Of a DNA stretch of 64,000 nt, positions 40,683 to 51,780 are shown one piece after another. The notes beneath the pieces were generated by a model. That model was not told the origin of the DNA. It searched no databases and saw nothing but the letters and a program-made list of their open reading frames with translations. Position 1 is the first letter of the stretch; each line of letters opens with the position of its first letter. The translations under genes and the position numbers were made by a program. The stretch is from an uncultured delta proteobacterium. Lineage in GTDB: Bacteria; Desulfobacterota; RBG-13-43-22. The stretch is from contig CAVQFQ010000010.1 of NCBI GenBank assembly GCA_963711835.1, positions 1 through 64,000 on the forward strand. The letters run 5' to 3'.

Positions 40683-40696
40683 ATCGGGGGTGTGAT

Positions 40697-40936
40697 ATGG
40701 TACGAACTCAGATATACCTGACAGAGCGCCAGCGAAACGAATTGGCCGCTATCGCCAAGACCGCGGGTAAGAAACAAAGCGAGCTTATCCGAGAGGCCGT
40801 CGATCAACTTATCGATCAGGCGGGCCTCAATCGGCGGGAGGCGGTATTGCGAGAGGCTGCGGGAATCTGGAAGGACCGCAGGGATCTTCCTGATTTCAAG
40901 GCAACGCGGGCAGAATGGAACAGGAACGGATCATGA
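40697..40936 (+). CDS. vapB: CopG/RHH antitoxin
   Basis: RTQIYL...SELIREAVD. ATGA overlap with the PIN toxin gene. Confidence 0.85.
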   Translation: MVRTQIYLTERQRNELAAIAKTAGKKQSELIREAVDQLIDQAGLNRREAVLREAAGIWKDRRDLPDFKATRAEWNRNGS

Positions 40937-41317
40937 CCGGGGCGATCCTTCTTGATACGGATGTTCTGGTTGATTTTCTCCGCGGATACAGCAAGGCAGT
41001 GGCCTTCGTTAACACCAACGCTGATCGGATCATCCTGTCAGCCATTGTCGTTGCCGAGCTTTATGCCGGAGTGAAGGGAGATGTGGAACAGACTGCTTTG
41101 GAAGATTTTGTCTCCCTCTTTCGTGTTGTCCCGGTAGATGCCGAAATTGCGAAAATTGGGGGGCTCTGTAAACGTGATTACGGCAAATCACACGGCGTCG
41201 GCCTTGCAGACGGCATCTCTAGCGGCAACCGCCGAGGCCTGGAATGCGGAACTGAAGACCCTCAACATCAAACACTATCCCATGTTGAAGGGCCTAAGGC
41301 CGGCCTTCGCGAAATAG
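40933..41317 (+). CDS. vapC: PIN-domain toxin, with a +1 frameshift near 41217
   Basis: LLDTDVLVD, AELYAG, LAD. Removing one T restores ILAATAEAWNAELKTLNIKHYPM. The duplicate at 46145 lacks this extra base. Confidence 0.85.
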
Positions 41318-41510
41318 AAGCCCAATGCGGCCTGACCCATTCCGCCCAGTGACCCCACCAAGCCATTTGTTAACGATATTATAATCCTCCAATTGATTAA
41401 GAGTCAAGAGCAGACTTGACCCCATTAATTTCAGTTAGAGATGGCTTAAAGAATAAAGATCGTCGGGATAATCGGTTGGAATAGAAAGAAACGATAGGTA
41501 TCTTTGGTAC

Positions 41511-44500
41511 ATGAGAGACGACTTTAGCCTGAAAACTAAGGAAGAGTTGGCACACCGCGCAGGGTACAGGTGCTCGAAGCCTGATTGCGGAATACCGACG
41601 AGAGGAGCCGCGTCCGATGACCAAGGAACGATCAACATAGGTTTTGCAGCCCACATAACTGGCGCTTCCCCTAAAGGGCCACGTTTCGTTTCGACCTTAA
41701 CGAGCGATCAGCGCAAACACCATACAAACGGTATCTGGCTCTGCGGGACTCACGCGAAGCTGGTTGATTCCGATGAGGCGCATTTTACAGTCGAAGAGTT
41801 AGTTTCCTGGAAGAAAATGGCCGAACGCAGGTCTTTCCTGGAGGTTGTTTCCTGCAAACCGAGTCCAGTCGGAGCCCTACTTGCGGATAATGGAGATGTT
41901 CAAACGGCTGTCGATCTGCTTATTGACTACTCCAAGTTAGACTTATCGGCCTTCAAGCGGATGCCTGGGTGGCCGTCACATGCCATAGCTCTTGCTCTCA
42001 AGATGGTTGATTGTGAGAGCGCAGATGTATTCACGGCTTCCGGCCTTGCCTCAGCGATTGAGGTATTTGATGAAATCGCTGTAATAGCTCCGCCCGGGAC
42101 TGGAAAGACAACGACGCTTCTGCAAGTGACGGAAGCAATTCTTAACAACGCCTCTTCCGTCGCTGCATTTGTTCCACTGAGTGAGTGGTCAACCCGTTCC
42201 GACACCTTCTTCCAGTCGCTCCTCCGACGAGCGTCGTTTCGGGATGCGAGAGAACGTCAATTGGAGCTGCTCGCCGGGCGTGGAAGGTTGGTGCTTATTC
42301 TGGATGGATGGAATGAGCTGGATGTAGCATCCAAGCGACGTGTGCGTAACGACATTAAGTCTCTCCGGCGAGATTTCCCCGACATACGTCTGGTTGTCAG
42401 TTCAAGGCATAAGGACTTTGATATCCCGATCAATGGACCTGTTGTCGAAGTAGAACGTTCTGTCAGAAGAACAGCAACTGGATATCGCGAAGGCGCTACG
42501 TGGTTCGGATGGGGTATCTCTGATGGACCACGCTTGGCGAACGCCCGGTCTCAGGGAATTGGTGGCGATCCCGCTTTACCTGACAGCCTTGCTGAAACGA
42601 GCACCAGGAGGTTCTCTTCCGACAACCAAGGAAGAAGTGTTGCGATCCTTTGTCATGGAACTGGAGAAAGATCACGGATAAATTGGCAACGCTTCGAGAA
42701 GTACTCCAAGGCTTCCATAGTGATTTTCTGGAAGCCATAGCTGGTGAAGCCACGCGTCGGAAGACTGTAGCGCTTTCCGAAGCCCAGGCCCGAGCCGTGG
42801 TCAACACTGTGCAAGAGCGTCTCAGGGCCGACAAGCAAATCGCGCAGCTTCTTCAACCTATGAATGTGCTTGACGCACTAGTGAATGCGCATATGCTCGT
42901 TCGATCAGGCGCAGAATCGGGCGGCGTATCGTTCCAGCACCAGCAATTTCAGGAATGGTATGCATCGTTCTGGGTACAGCAACTGATGCTTTTTGCGTGT
43001 CGGGTGATAGCGACGCCAAGAAGACGTTGAGAGAAGATGTGCTTGACGTTCCTATTTGGGAAGAGGCGGTCCTTTTTGCATGTGAACGTCTATCACGTGC
43101 GGATCAAGGCAGCTTACGGGCTGTGGCAAGCGCTATTCTTGAAACACTAGGAATCGATCCGTCTACTTTCAGCGGAAATGATCTATCGGTCATCTGACGA
43201 AGTGTGGGAGCATGTCGAAACGATGTCATGTCCTTTGCCGGAAAATGGCACACCGAAGGGCGCGTGGACCGAGCCGTACAGTTTATGATTGACACAGGCC
43301 GGGCTGAGTTTTCGCGATATATTTGGCCTTTGATTTCAGACTCCAGACGACCAGATACATCTTCACGCGCTGCGGTCTGGACGGATATTTCGGATGAGCG
43401 TCCTTGGTTCCGATGCGCAGCAACGAATCGCTAGCGCTTCCCGAGGAAGTGAGGGTGAACGTAGTTGTCAGAGATCGCCAGCAATGGCGGCATGGACGGT
43501 ATCGAGTTTGCTACTCTCCTGGCCAAGAACGATGCGAGTTCAGAGGTCAAGAAGTCCGTTGTCGAATCTCTGTTGTTCAGACGCGCGGATCGCTTCGCAA
43601 AAGATATTCTCAAGACCTGCTCCTGATGAGGTTTGGCGTTCCCTGGCCAGAAACTGGTACCCTCATGAATTCGCTGATCCGCAAGTGTCGGCACGGATGG
43701 AAAAGGAAGCTACGGACCTTCTTGTTGCCGAAACCGATCCTCGCCAAATCCTGAATATGCTCTTGAGATCAAATGTTCGCGACCCCGAAACGGGTACGAA
43801 GGTTCGTAGAACTTATTGAGAAAATCGATTTTTCGGTTAAGGCGCAGGACAACGCGTGGCTCGTTCATCGAGCGTATGAGCTATACCCGGAGGATGTAGT
43901 CGGTGCGTTCGTGTCGCTGCTTGAGAGTGGCAAGCCAGTGCCTTCCGGAACCGACGAATTGTTGAAGACATCCGATTTAGTCATTGACGAGGGGCCGCTT
44001 GTAGAACGTGTGTTACGCAGTTCGGGAGAGGATAGGGGAGCGGAATCGGCGGTTAGTATTATTGGGCCGAAAACCATCGGTCAACTCATCGATCAGATAT
44101 TCAGAATACACGGCAGGATAAAAGAAAACAACGGCAAATACGATAAGGCACTGAGCGATGAGTATCACAGGCTGTGCCACTGGATTTCGAATACCAAAGC
44201 CGATTCATTCATTCAGTCTGTTCTTGAACATGCAGCAACTGAGAGAGCCAGACGAAATTGCCTTACTATCTGACCTCATATCCCGGCATGGAGGGAGCGT
44301 CGAACGTCAACCACTCGAACTTGACGCCACTGCTCATGACCATGCGACCGCTGCCGTCCTGCGTTGGGCACAAACCCTCCTCGCCTCCCCCGAGGCTACT
44401 CGTGCACAATTCGCTGATATAGCGCAAGCCGCAGAACGACTTGGATCACCTGCGCTCGTGCCTGTACTTCAGGAACTGCTGTCAGAAGACCTGAAACGGC

Positions 44501-45910
44501 GAAAGCGAGCTATGAAAGAATTCCTGGATGCGCGAAAGAATGGTCGCCATATTCAGAATGACGCACAGATGTCTTGGACCCTCCAGTACAGACGTGCCTT
44601 CGCCGCTATCGGCGATGATCAGACTGTACGAATAATGAAAGCCTATCTGCCGAACCATGACTTCGGTGTTGATGCGGCCTATGTCCTCAAAGCGGTCTGG
44701 ATAAAATCGCAGCCTGCCAAGAAAGACAGCGGGTTTATTAGATCATGGCCCGACTTTTCAGTAGTGCCAAATGAATACACAAAGCGTCAATCCGGGACCG
44801 GAGTTGAGACGCAGGCATTCGTCAATGACATCCTATCCGTGGTCGATGATCTCATCAAATCGGATGCACAAGATGCTGACTACAGACATGCTCTAAAGCT
44901 TGCATCTGTTGCATTCAGCATGCCCTATGTTGATAAAGCCGATACGATTCGATCATTGCTACAATTGCCACTCCCCGCCATTGAAAAGCAAGGTCTTCTA
45001 AATGTCCTCATGCTTTCCGGAGAGGTGATCTCTTCCGAGATTGTTCTTCAGGGTATTGATGATTTGTTGGAAAAAGCGAAGACGAACCCGTGGATGCTTG
45101 AGGAGCAAGATGGATGGCGTCTTAATGCATGGTTGAGCCTTTTGCCATTCACCGAAGCGCCCGGTTCCATTTTGGCTGTACTCGCCCGCTTGGGAGACCG
45201 TTATTTGGTGCCTTGGAAGCTTCGCGTGTTGCTTTCTGCGTTAGGCCATGCGCCGTCCGTCGAGGCTGAGAACGTCCTTAGCGAATTGGCGAAGAGAGAC
45301 GATCGATTCCTCAATGAGTATGAATGGCTGGCGGCGCTGACCAAACGCAATACCTTGACGGCCGCCAGAATATTACTGGACTTGGTTTGTAATGTATCGT
45401 TTTCTGGCAAACACGGAAGCCACGATAGGATGGATTTCGGCAATAGACTCTCGGCTTTAATCAATTCCCATGAACAGTTTCGTCAAGAAGTATATGAAGC
45501 GTTCCAGCGAGTTACCGACAGTCCTGCTAAGTCAATACTTGAGGACGCCATTGCGAATGCGGCAGATGCAGACGGCGTACTACTTCTTGTTCGCGTTGGC
45601 GCATCACAGGATAAGCAATTCCAAGGTACCGAACTCTATACCGCGCTGCGCCATGTGCTCGTTGGTCAGACGCCAATAGAGTCGTCCGGAATGCAGCGAA
45701 TTATATAGCTTGCCTGCGCCTGAACTCAGGAAAGGTCTTTTTGACATGGTGGTGAACGGTAACGCTGCGGAATCTCGGCTTGCGACTGAGTGCCTGACCG
45801 TCATAGATGAAATTCGAGACGATTATGGACACGTCGAGTCCGAACCACGCCATCCCAATATTGCAATGGGAGTTCCCTGGCCGCAGATTGTCCTTGCGGA
45901 GCCGATATGA
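41511..45910 (+). CDS. HNH nuclease-NACHT/STAND NTPase with long helical C-terminus (about 1,460 aa after repairing roughly ten frameshifts); NLR-like putative anti-phage protein
   Basis: N-terminal CSKPDC...AAHI...NGIWLC..H (HNH), Walker A APPGTGKTT, Walker B LILDGWNE, PLYL and FQHQQFQEWY (NACHT winged helix). Consecutive ORF pieces shift by +1. Confidence 0.8.
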
Positions 45911-45946
45911 CTAGTGCATTTCGAATTTACGGGAGCAAATCGTGCC

Positions 45947-46007
45947 GCATAACCAAGCGCCTTCAGTCGGACTCGCGACCGCTCGCCGCTGAAGCGCGGC
46001 GTTAGGC
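45947..46007 (+). other. Integron attC site
   Basis: R'' GCATAAC ... R' GTTAGGC. Stem cgc[c]ttcag[t]cgg / ccgctgaagcg with two extrahelical bases, just after the NACHT gene stop. Confidence 0.8.
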
Positions 46008-46144
46008 CCTTCGCAGAAGGGGTAGGTCTGCTCTTGGATGGAATAGGGACGCTGTAAAAGTTTTTAACTTTCGCAATAAGGATCATGAGATACCCTGGGG
46101 CGTTGAACGCCAGCAACTTTAAAACCTAAAAGCGTCCCGGTTTA

Positions 46145-46266
46145 CTTGCAGACGCCATCCTGGCGGCCACCGCCGAGGCTTGGAATGCGGAACTGAATAC
46201 CCTCAACATCAAACACTATCCCATGTTGAAGGGCCTCCGGCAGGCCTTCAGGAAATAGAAGCCCAA
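46145..46266 (+). pseudogene. Duplicated 3' end of vapC
   Basis: High identity by eye to 41203-41325. Confidence 0.9.
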
Positions 46267-46764
46267 AGGGCGTTGCCCCTGTTGGTGCCCTGTCCTGACT
46301 CGTTCCTCCGCAGCGACCTCCATCAGGCCATACGGCACCGAACTCTCTTGTGCCGAGGACCGAAATTTAAGGCAGTGACGAAAAAAATCATCCTTCGACC
46401 GGCTAAGAGCCAAGAGCAGACTTGACCCCCAGTAGTTTGGACACCGATGTCACTTGCTTGCATGGCCTCCGGCCCCGCAAGCTGCGTGCCACGGGTCAAC
46501 GCCGCATTCAACAAGTCCGGAGGAAATTCTACTGATCAGTATAGGGTAAAGATAGGAAGAGGGTTGAACTGGGGATAGGGTCAGGCCCTTAGGGGAAGAC
46601 CCAAGGACCGGGAAAAGAGTTGGAAATGTACTTTAAATCGGACTACACCACCTGATTTATTGTTAATCATGCGCCTTCGACGCCGCAAGCTTCGTTCCAC
46701 GGATCAGCGCCGCGAATAGTTTTGTTTTGTCCTATGTTTGGTCGTTCACCTTGAGGAGGAAGAG

Positions 46765-47379
46765 ATGCATCTACTCGATCAAAGGATACTCGGAATCGCC
46801 ATTCTATTCCTGTTGGGCATGCTGGTTATCGTCAAGCGAGTTGCTACGGGTTCCATTTTGGATAAACCAAAAGGCAACCTTATGGTTCAGCTCGTCAATA
46901 TCTTCAACCTCTTTTTTTTGTTAGTCGTGAATCCCCTGGCCGCAATATTGCTGATCACTCGCCGTCTGCCGACGATCGATCCTACCCACATGACCATTAA
47001 TGAACCGTGGATTTTGATGGTTTTGGAGATCGTAGGGTTGGTGTTGTATGTGACAGGGTATCTCCTCATGGCATGGGCGTTGATCACGCTGGGGCGCAAT
47101 TACCAGCTAGGGGGAAGCGCTCCTCGATCTGAAGATAAGATGGTTATAGATGGACCTTACAGACTGGTCAGGCATCCCATGTACACAGCGGCGTTGAGTA
47201 TTTCTTTGGGGCTGGCCTGCCTGATCCAATCATGGGCTTTCTTTTGTGTGTTTTGCATCTATCTTGGGTTGATTTTCCTGCTGATTCCCATGGAGGAAGA
47301 TGGGTTGCGGAAAGCATATGGCGAGCAGTATGGCGCTTACCAGCAAAAAACGAGAAAACTCATTCCCTTCGTTTACTAA
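46765..47379 (+). CDS. Isoprenylcysteine carboxyl methyltransferase (ICMT/PEMT) family membrane protein
   Basis: LGRNY, GPYRLVRHPMY, EE..L...YG..Y..Y. RBS GAGGAGG. Confidence 0.88.
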   Translation: MHLLDQRILGIAILFLLGMLVIVKRVATGSILDKPKGNLMVQLVNIFNLFFLLVVNPLAAILLITRRLPTIDPTHMTINEPWILMVLEIVGLVLYVTGYLLMAWALITLGRNYQLGGSAPRSEDKMVIDGPYRLVRHPMYTAALSISLGLACLIQSWAFFCVFCIYLGLIFLLIPMEEDGLRKAYGEQYGAYQQKTRKLIPFVY

Positions 47380-47443
47380 TTCATGCAGTCAATAGGGGGG
47401 GTCCGACCCCAATTCAAAGCAATTCAGCAAAGCCCAAAAGGTA

Positions 47444-47472
47444 TTGACATTATGTAGCCTACTGGCTACAAT
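47444..47472 (+). promoter_or_regulatory. Sigma70 promoter with operator for the TA pair; probably leaderless mRNA
   Basis: TTGACA-17-TACAAT. Palindrome TGTAGCC-N4-GGCTACA. ATG lies 7 nt after the -10 with no SD. Confidence 0.7.
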
Positions 47473-47479
47473 CAACTTT

Positions 47480-47770
47480 ATGATCGAGATTCGTAAGACT
47501 GACGTTTACGCCAAGTGGCTTGATGGTTTGCTTGACGTTCGTGCGCGGGCTCGTATTCTTGCACGGGTCGAGCGTTTAGCATCCGGGAATCCTGGAGATG
47601 TAAGGCCGGTGAGTGAAGGCGTTTCAGAGTTGCGGATCGATTACGGACCCGGCTATCGGGTGTATTACAAAAAGTACGGACGGGAGGTGGTGATTTTGCT
47701 GGCCGGCGGTGACAAGCATACCCAGGCCAGCGACATTAAAACCGCCTTGCGCCTCGCACGCAACCTCTAG
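47480..47770 (+). CDS. RelE/HigB-like addiction-module killer protein
   Basis: GNPGD...GVSELRIDYGPGYRVY...LLAGGDK.TQ..DI. Confidence 0.9.
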   Translation: MIEIRKTDVYAKWLDGLLDVRARARILARVERLASGNPGDVRPVSEGVSELRIDYGPGYRVYYKKYGREVVILLAGGDKHTQASDIKTALRLARNL

Positions 47771-47779
47771 GAGGGTATC

Positions 47780-48130
47780 ATGACAAAAACCATCACTACT
47801 CGCTATGATGTCGCCGAGCACCTTCGCACCCCTGAGGAAATGGCTGCTTATCTTGAAGCTTGCCTCGAGGAGGCAAATGGGGATGCTGCTTTCATTGCCA
47901 AGGCTCTGGGCGATATTGCCCGCGCCAAGGGCATGTCTCAGGTAGCGCGTGATGCCGGTCTGTCTCGCGAAAGTCTCTACAAGGCACTATCTGGAGAACG
48001 AAGCCCAGGCTTCGACACAATCCTCAAGGTTATAAAAGCACTGGGCTTGAAATTGCATGCTGAAGCAGTTCTTCTGGCTGGCTCAACGGCCCAAACCGCT
48101 CCAGCCGACGCTCGTACCTCGCGCGGCTGA
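47780..48130 (+). CDS. HTH addiction-module antidote protein
   Basis: YDVAEHL...ALGDIARAKGMSQVARDAGLSRESLYKALS. Confidence 0.9.
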   Translation: MTKTITTRYDVAEHLRTPEEMAAYLEACLEEANGDAAFIAKALGDIARAKGMSQVARDAGLSRESLYKALSGERSPGFDTILKVIKALGLKLHAEAVLLAGSTAQTAPADARTSRG

Positions 48131-48145
48131 GCTTCGTTGTTAGAC
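48081..48145 (+). other. Degenerate attC site
   Basis: Stem gct[c]cagccg[a]cgc / gcgcggctgagc with canonical extrahelical bases and R' GTTAGAC. R'' box and spacer are damaged. Confidence 0.65.
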
Positions 48146-48252
48146 GTTGGCAAATTTATGGAGTAGCGATGATTATCAAGGCTGTTGGGTAAAAAGGTGG
48201 CTGCCACAGTTTCAAGGCAAACCCGTTGGGAGAAGTGAATCCAGGACCAACC

Positions 48253-50626
48253 TTAACTCAGGGCACAGGTACGCCGGATGATCTCGTCCTTCATGGCCGG
48301 CAGCAGGTCGTTGAAGTAGGCGGAGTAGCCGGAGACCCTCACCAGAAGATAGGGATAGGCCTGGGGATTGTCCCGGGCGGCCAGCAAAACCGAGGGATCG
48401 ATGACATTGAGCTGCACCTGCATCCCCCCTCTCCGGAAATAGGTCTTAAATAAACTTTGAAGGGCCAGCCGGCCCGTCTCCCCTTTTATGGTCTCCAGCC
48501 CGATCTTGACATTCAGGTTGACCCCGTTCGCGCAGCAACCGGCATCCAGGCGGTTGACGGAATTCAGCATGGCGGTCGGGCCCTTTCGGTCCTGCCCGTT
48601 GGAGGGCGAAATCCCGGAGGCGAAAGGCTGGCCTTTCTTGCGGCCGCTGGGAAGGGCCCCGGTCACCTTTCCGAAATACTGATGGGCCGTTACCGAATAG
48701 AGTCCCGTGGTGTAGGTCCCGCCGCGGGTGTTCTTTTTCCCATCCAAGAGCCCGCTGAAGGTTTCCACCACGTATCGGGTGTAGTGATCCACCTCCTCCT
48801 GATCGTTCCCAAACTTGTCAAGATGGGTAAGATAGGCGGCCCAGGCCGGGTCGGGCAGGTTTTTTTTCAACTGGGCCACGAGTTCCTGGAGGGTGAACTT
48901 CTTGTCCCTGAATACGGCCCGGTCAATGGCGTAGAGGGAGTCGCCCGTATCCGCCGGACCCACGCATTGGATGCCGGAGAAATTATAGGCCGCCCCTCCG
49001 GCTGTCGAGCAGAGGCCCTTTTGCAGGCACCCGTCCAGCAGCAGGCTGGTAAAGGGAGTAGGATGAAGGGCGGTGTTGGCTTTCTCGATGGCCTGAAGGT
49101 CCGTTAGGAGTCGTCCAATTCCGAAGGCCAGTTGGGTTTCGAAGGCCTGTTTCACATCCTCCATGGACTTCATCCTGACCAACAGGCAGGGTCTTTTCCC
49201 CTGTCCGAAGGCGGCTGCCGAAGCGCCGGCCCTCATTCAGGGCCAGCTCCAGCATGATAGGCACATTGAACAGGGCCGCATCCGTGGAGGAAAGGCTCTT
49301 GCCCTGGGACACCGGCTCCACACAACCCACGGCCGTATAGTTGCGGGCATCCTCCAGGGTGTAGCCGTGCTTGACCATGGTCTCAACAATGACGTCATCA
49401 TTGTACAGGGCCGGTGAATTGCATCCGCCGGACAGAACCGCAAAGACCTTGTCCAGGTAGGCCTTCGGGGCATCCCGGTGCACCCGGGCATGGTAGTTGG
49501 GCTGGCGCAGGCGAAGCTCGTCCATCACTTCCAAAAAAATGGCGGAAAGCTCGTTGCTGGAATCCTTGCCCTCCCGGTCCGTGCCGCCCACGGTCACCAC
49601 CTGGCCATTGAACATCCCGCCGTGAAAGCGGGTAATGGCCCTGGAAAAGACGGGAACGATCTCGGACATCTTGATCGAAAAGCTGGCAATAAGTTCCTTG
49701 GCCCTTTCCCGGGTCAGGATCCCTTTACGCAGGTCCTCTTCATAAAAAGGATAGAGGTAGGTATCCATCCTGCCTGGGGAATTGCCGTTGTCCAGGCTTT
49801 CGAGATTGATGGCGATCTGGGCGAAGAAAAGGCTCTGAAGGGCTTCATGAAAGGTGCCGGCAGGAAAGCGCGGCGCCCGTCGGCAGACCTCGGCAATTTC
49901 CGTTAGTTCCTGCCGGCGATCCGGATCTTTTTCCTCTTGGGCCATGGCCAGGGCCTGGTCGGCATAACGCTGCCCGAACTCGGCCAACCCCTGGGCGATG
50001 ATCTTGACCGCCTCGTAAAAATTCCAGGAATCAGACCCTTTCGAAACCCCCGACTGGTGCCCGTTAACCTCGGAGACGATTCCCTCAGTCCCCTGCAGTA
50101 TCCATTTTTCATAATCGGGCGCGATGTGGGCGATGCCCCCGCTCTCGTTGATTAAATAATAGCGGGCCTGAAGCTGGTCGGCAAGGAACCGGAGGGTCCG
50201 GACCTTGGAGTGATGGGCCTTGATCCCCAGGAATCGAAAGAGCCAGAAGGGGATGATCCGGAGGAGCTTGCTGATTTCTTCTTTGGAAATTTCGAGGGGG
50301 CTGGTTTTGCGGCTGGAGAAACGCAGCAGATCCTGCATCACCACCAGACCGTGAAGCTCCGGATAAATGGACCCGCCCACCCGTTTTGAGGAAAAATTGC
50401 CCACGATGAGTTCGTCCGGGTATATCCGGACGGTCTTTTGGAGCAGCACCTGCCGAAGGGCCTCGGCCATCCGGATCGCTGTGGGTTTCTTTCTGTTCTC
50501 CCGGTTGCGGCAATACCGGGTCCAGATCAGGGCCCGTTCGGTGCAGACACCGGGGCGGGCGCTTTGAACCGCTCTCTTCAGGGCTTCGATCCTTTCCTGG
50601 GGCTGGGGCATAGGCACCTCTTTCAT
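48253..50626 (-). CDS. Glycyl-radical enzyme (PFL-like, unknown substrate), split by a +1 frameshift near 49178
   Basis: Cys loop GCVEP and Gly loop RVSGYS. Two ORFs joined at GGT-C-AGG. Activase gene adjacent. Confidence 0.88.
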
Positions 50627-50668
50627 GATTACACTTCCGTCAATGGGGTTTTCGCGAAGACGTCACTC

Positions 50669-51580
50669 TTATATGGTAACAAGAATCCCTTCGCTTTCAA
50701 AGACCTTTTTAGCCCGAAGCAAGGCTTCCCCGGCATCCTCTTTGAGGTCGAGCGGCCTGAGTTCGGTTTTAATCCTGGACAGTTTGGCCTCGCCCATGGC
50801 GTGGTAGCGGAGAAGCTGGATCCTGGCCTTTTTGTTTTTCTTCAAGAAGCAAGCAGTCGCCTGAATATTCCGGTCCTCGTCATTGATGGATGGGATAACC
50901 GGCATCCTGGCTTCTAAATTGGGAAAGACCGCCGCGAGTTTGCCGAAATTCTCCAGGATCAATTCATTGCTGCTTCCCGTATAGTCCCGGTGTTTTTCGG
51001 GGTCCAGGCACTTTAGATCGAAATAGATGAGATCCAGATAGGGCAGCAGGGACTCCATGGTTTCCCAGGGGCATAGGCCGCAGGTTTCCATCGTGACCTG
51101 GATGCCCTCGCCGCGCACCAGGGGCAGAAAAGAGCCCAGGAAGCCGCTCTGCAGAAAGGGTTCCCCGCCTGATAAGGTGATACCGCCTCCAGAATCTTCG
51201 AAAAAGTCCCGGTCCTTCAAGACCTCGGCCAGAAGAGAAGGGACCTCCCATTCGACCCCCATCATCCGCAGGGCCTCATTGACGCAGGCGGAGACGCACT
51301 TCCCGCAGGCAGTACAGGCGGTCGGATTAATTCGTCGGTCCTCTCCTTCCAGGACGGCTTCTTCCGGGCAGGCCCCTTTGCAGGCAAAACAACGGAGGCA
51401 CCGTTCCCGGTAAAAGGCGATCTCCCGACCGGGGTGGTGGGATTCCGGGTTCTGGCACCAGAGGCAGCGCAGGGGACAGCCTTTGAAAAAGAGGGTGGTG
51501 CGGATCCCCGGCCCATCATGGATGGAGAACCGCTGAATATCAAACAGGAGGGCAGTAGTTGGAGAGGCGGTCATCTTCAC
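50669..51580 (-). CDS. Glycyl-radical enzyme activating enzyme (radical SAM with ferredoxin insert)
   Basis: HDGPGIRT, GCPLRCLWCQNPES, two CxxCxxCxxxC motifs, SGGEP. Confidence 0.93.
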   Translation of the reverse strand: MKMTASPTTALLFDIQRFSIHDGPGIRTTLFFKGCPLRCLWCQNPESHHPGREIAFYRERCLRCFACKGACPEEAVLEGEDRRINPTACTACGKCVSACVNEALRMMGVEWEVPSLLAEVLKDRDFFEDSGGGITLSGGEPFLQSGFLGSFLPLVRGEGIQVTMETCGLCPWETMESLLPYLDLIYFDLKCLDPEKHRDYTGSSNELILENFGKLAAVFPNLEARMPVIPSINDEDRNIQATACFLKKNKKARIQLLRYHAMGEAKLSRIKTELRPLDLKEDAGEALLRAKKVFESEGILVTI

Positions 51581-51780
51581 CTGTTAAAGAATAGCATCCT
51601 CTTTTATGGGAAAGGGGACTATTTTCGACAATACTAAAATTTTTAAGGGAATAAATCAATCCTCTTAAATCGGATGGGCTCTTAAAAATAGGCCCGCTCA
51701 GAGTAATGAAAAAATTTATTTTTCGATTTGGATTTTTGGAGTATGATACGCTGCAAGTCATGAAAATAAGGAGTGTACCG

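Noticed and set aside
41320-41375. Possible third attC after vapC (gcccaat...gttaacg)
   Set aside because: The core boxes are imperfect and there is no convincing L-box stem.
46270-46730. Short ORFs between the vapC fragment and the ICMT gene
   Set aside because: They show no recognisable motifs and look like scrambled remnants, so no call can be supported.
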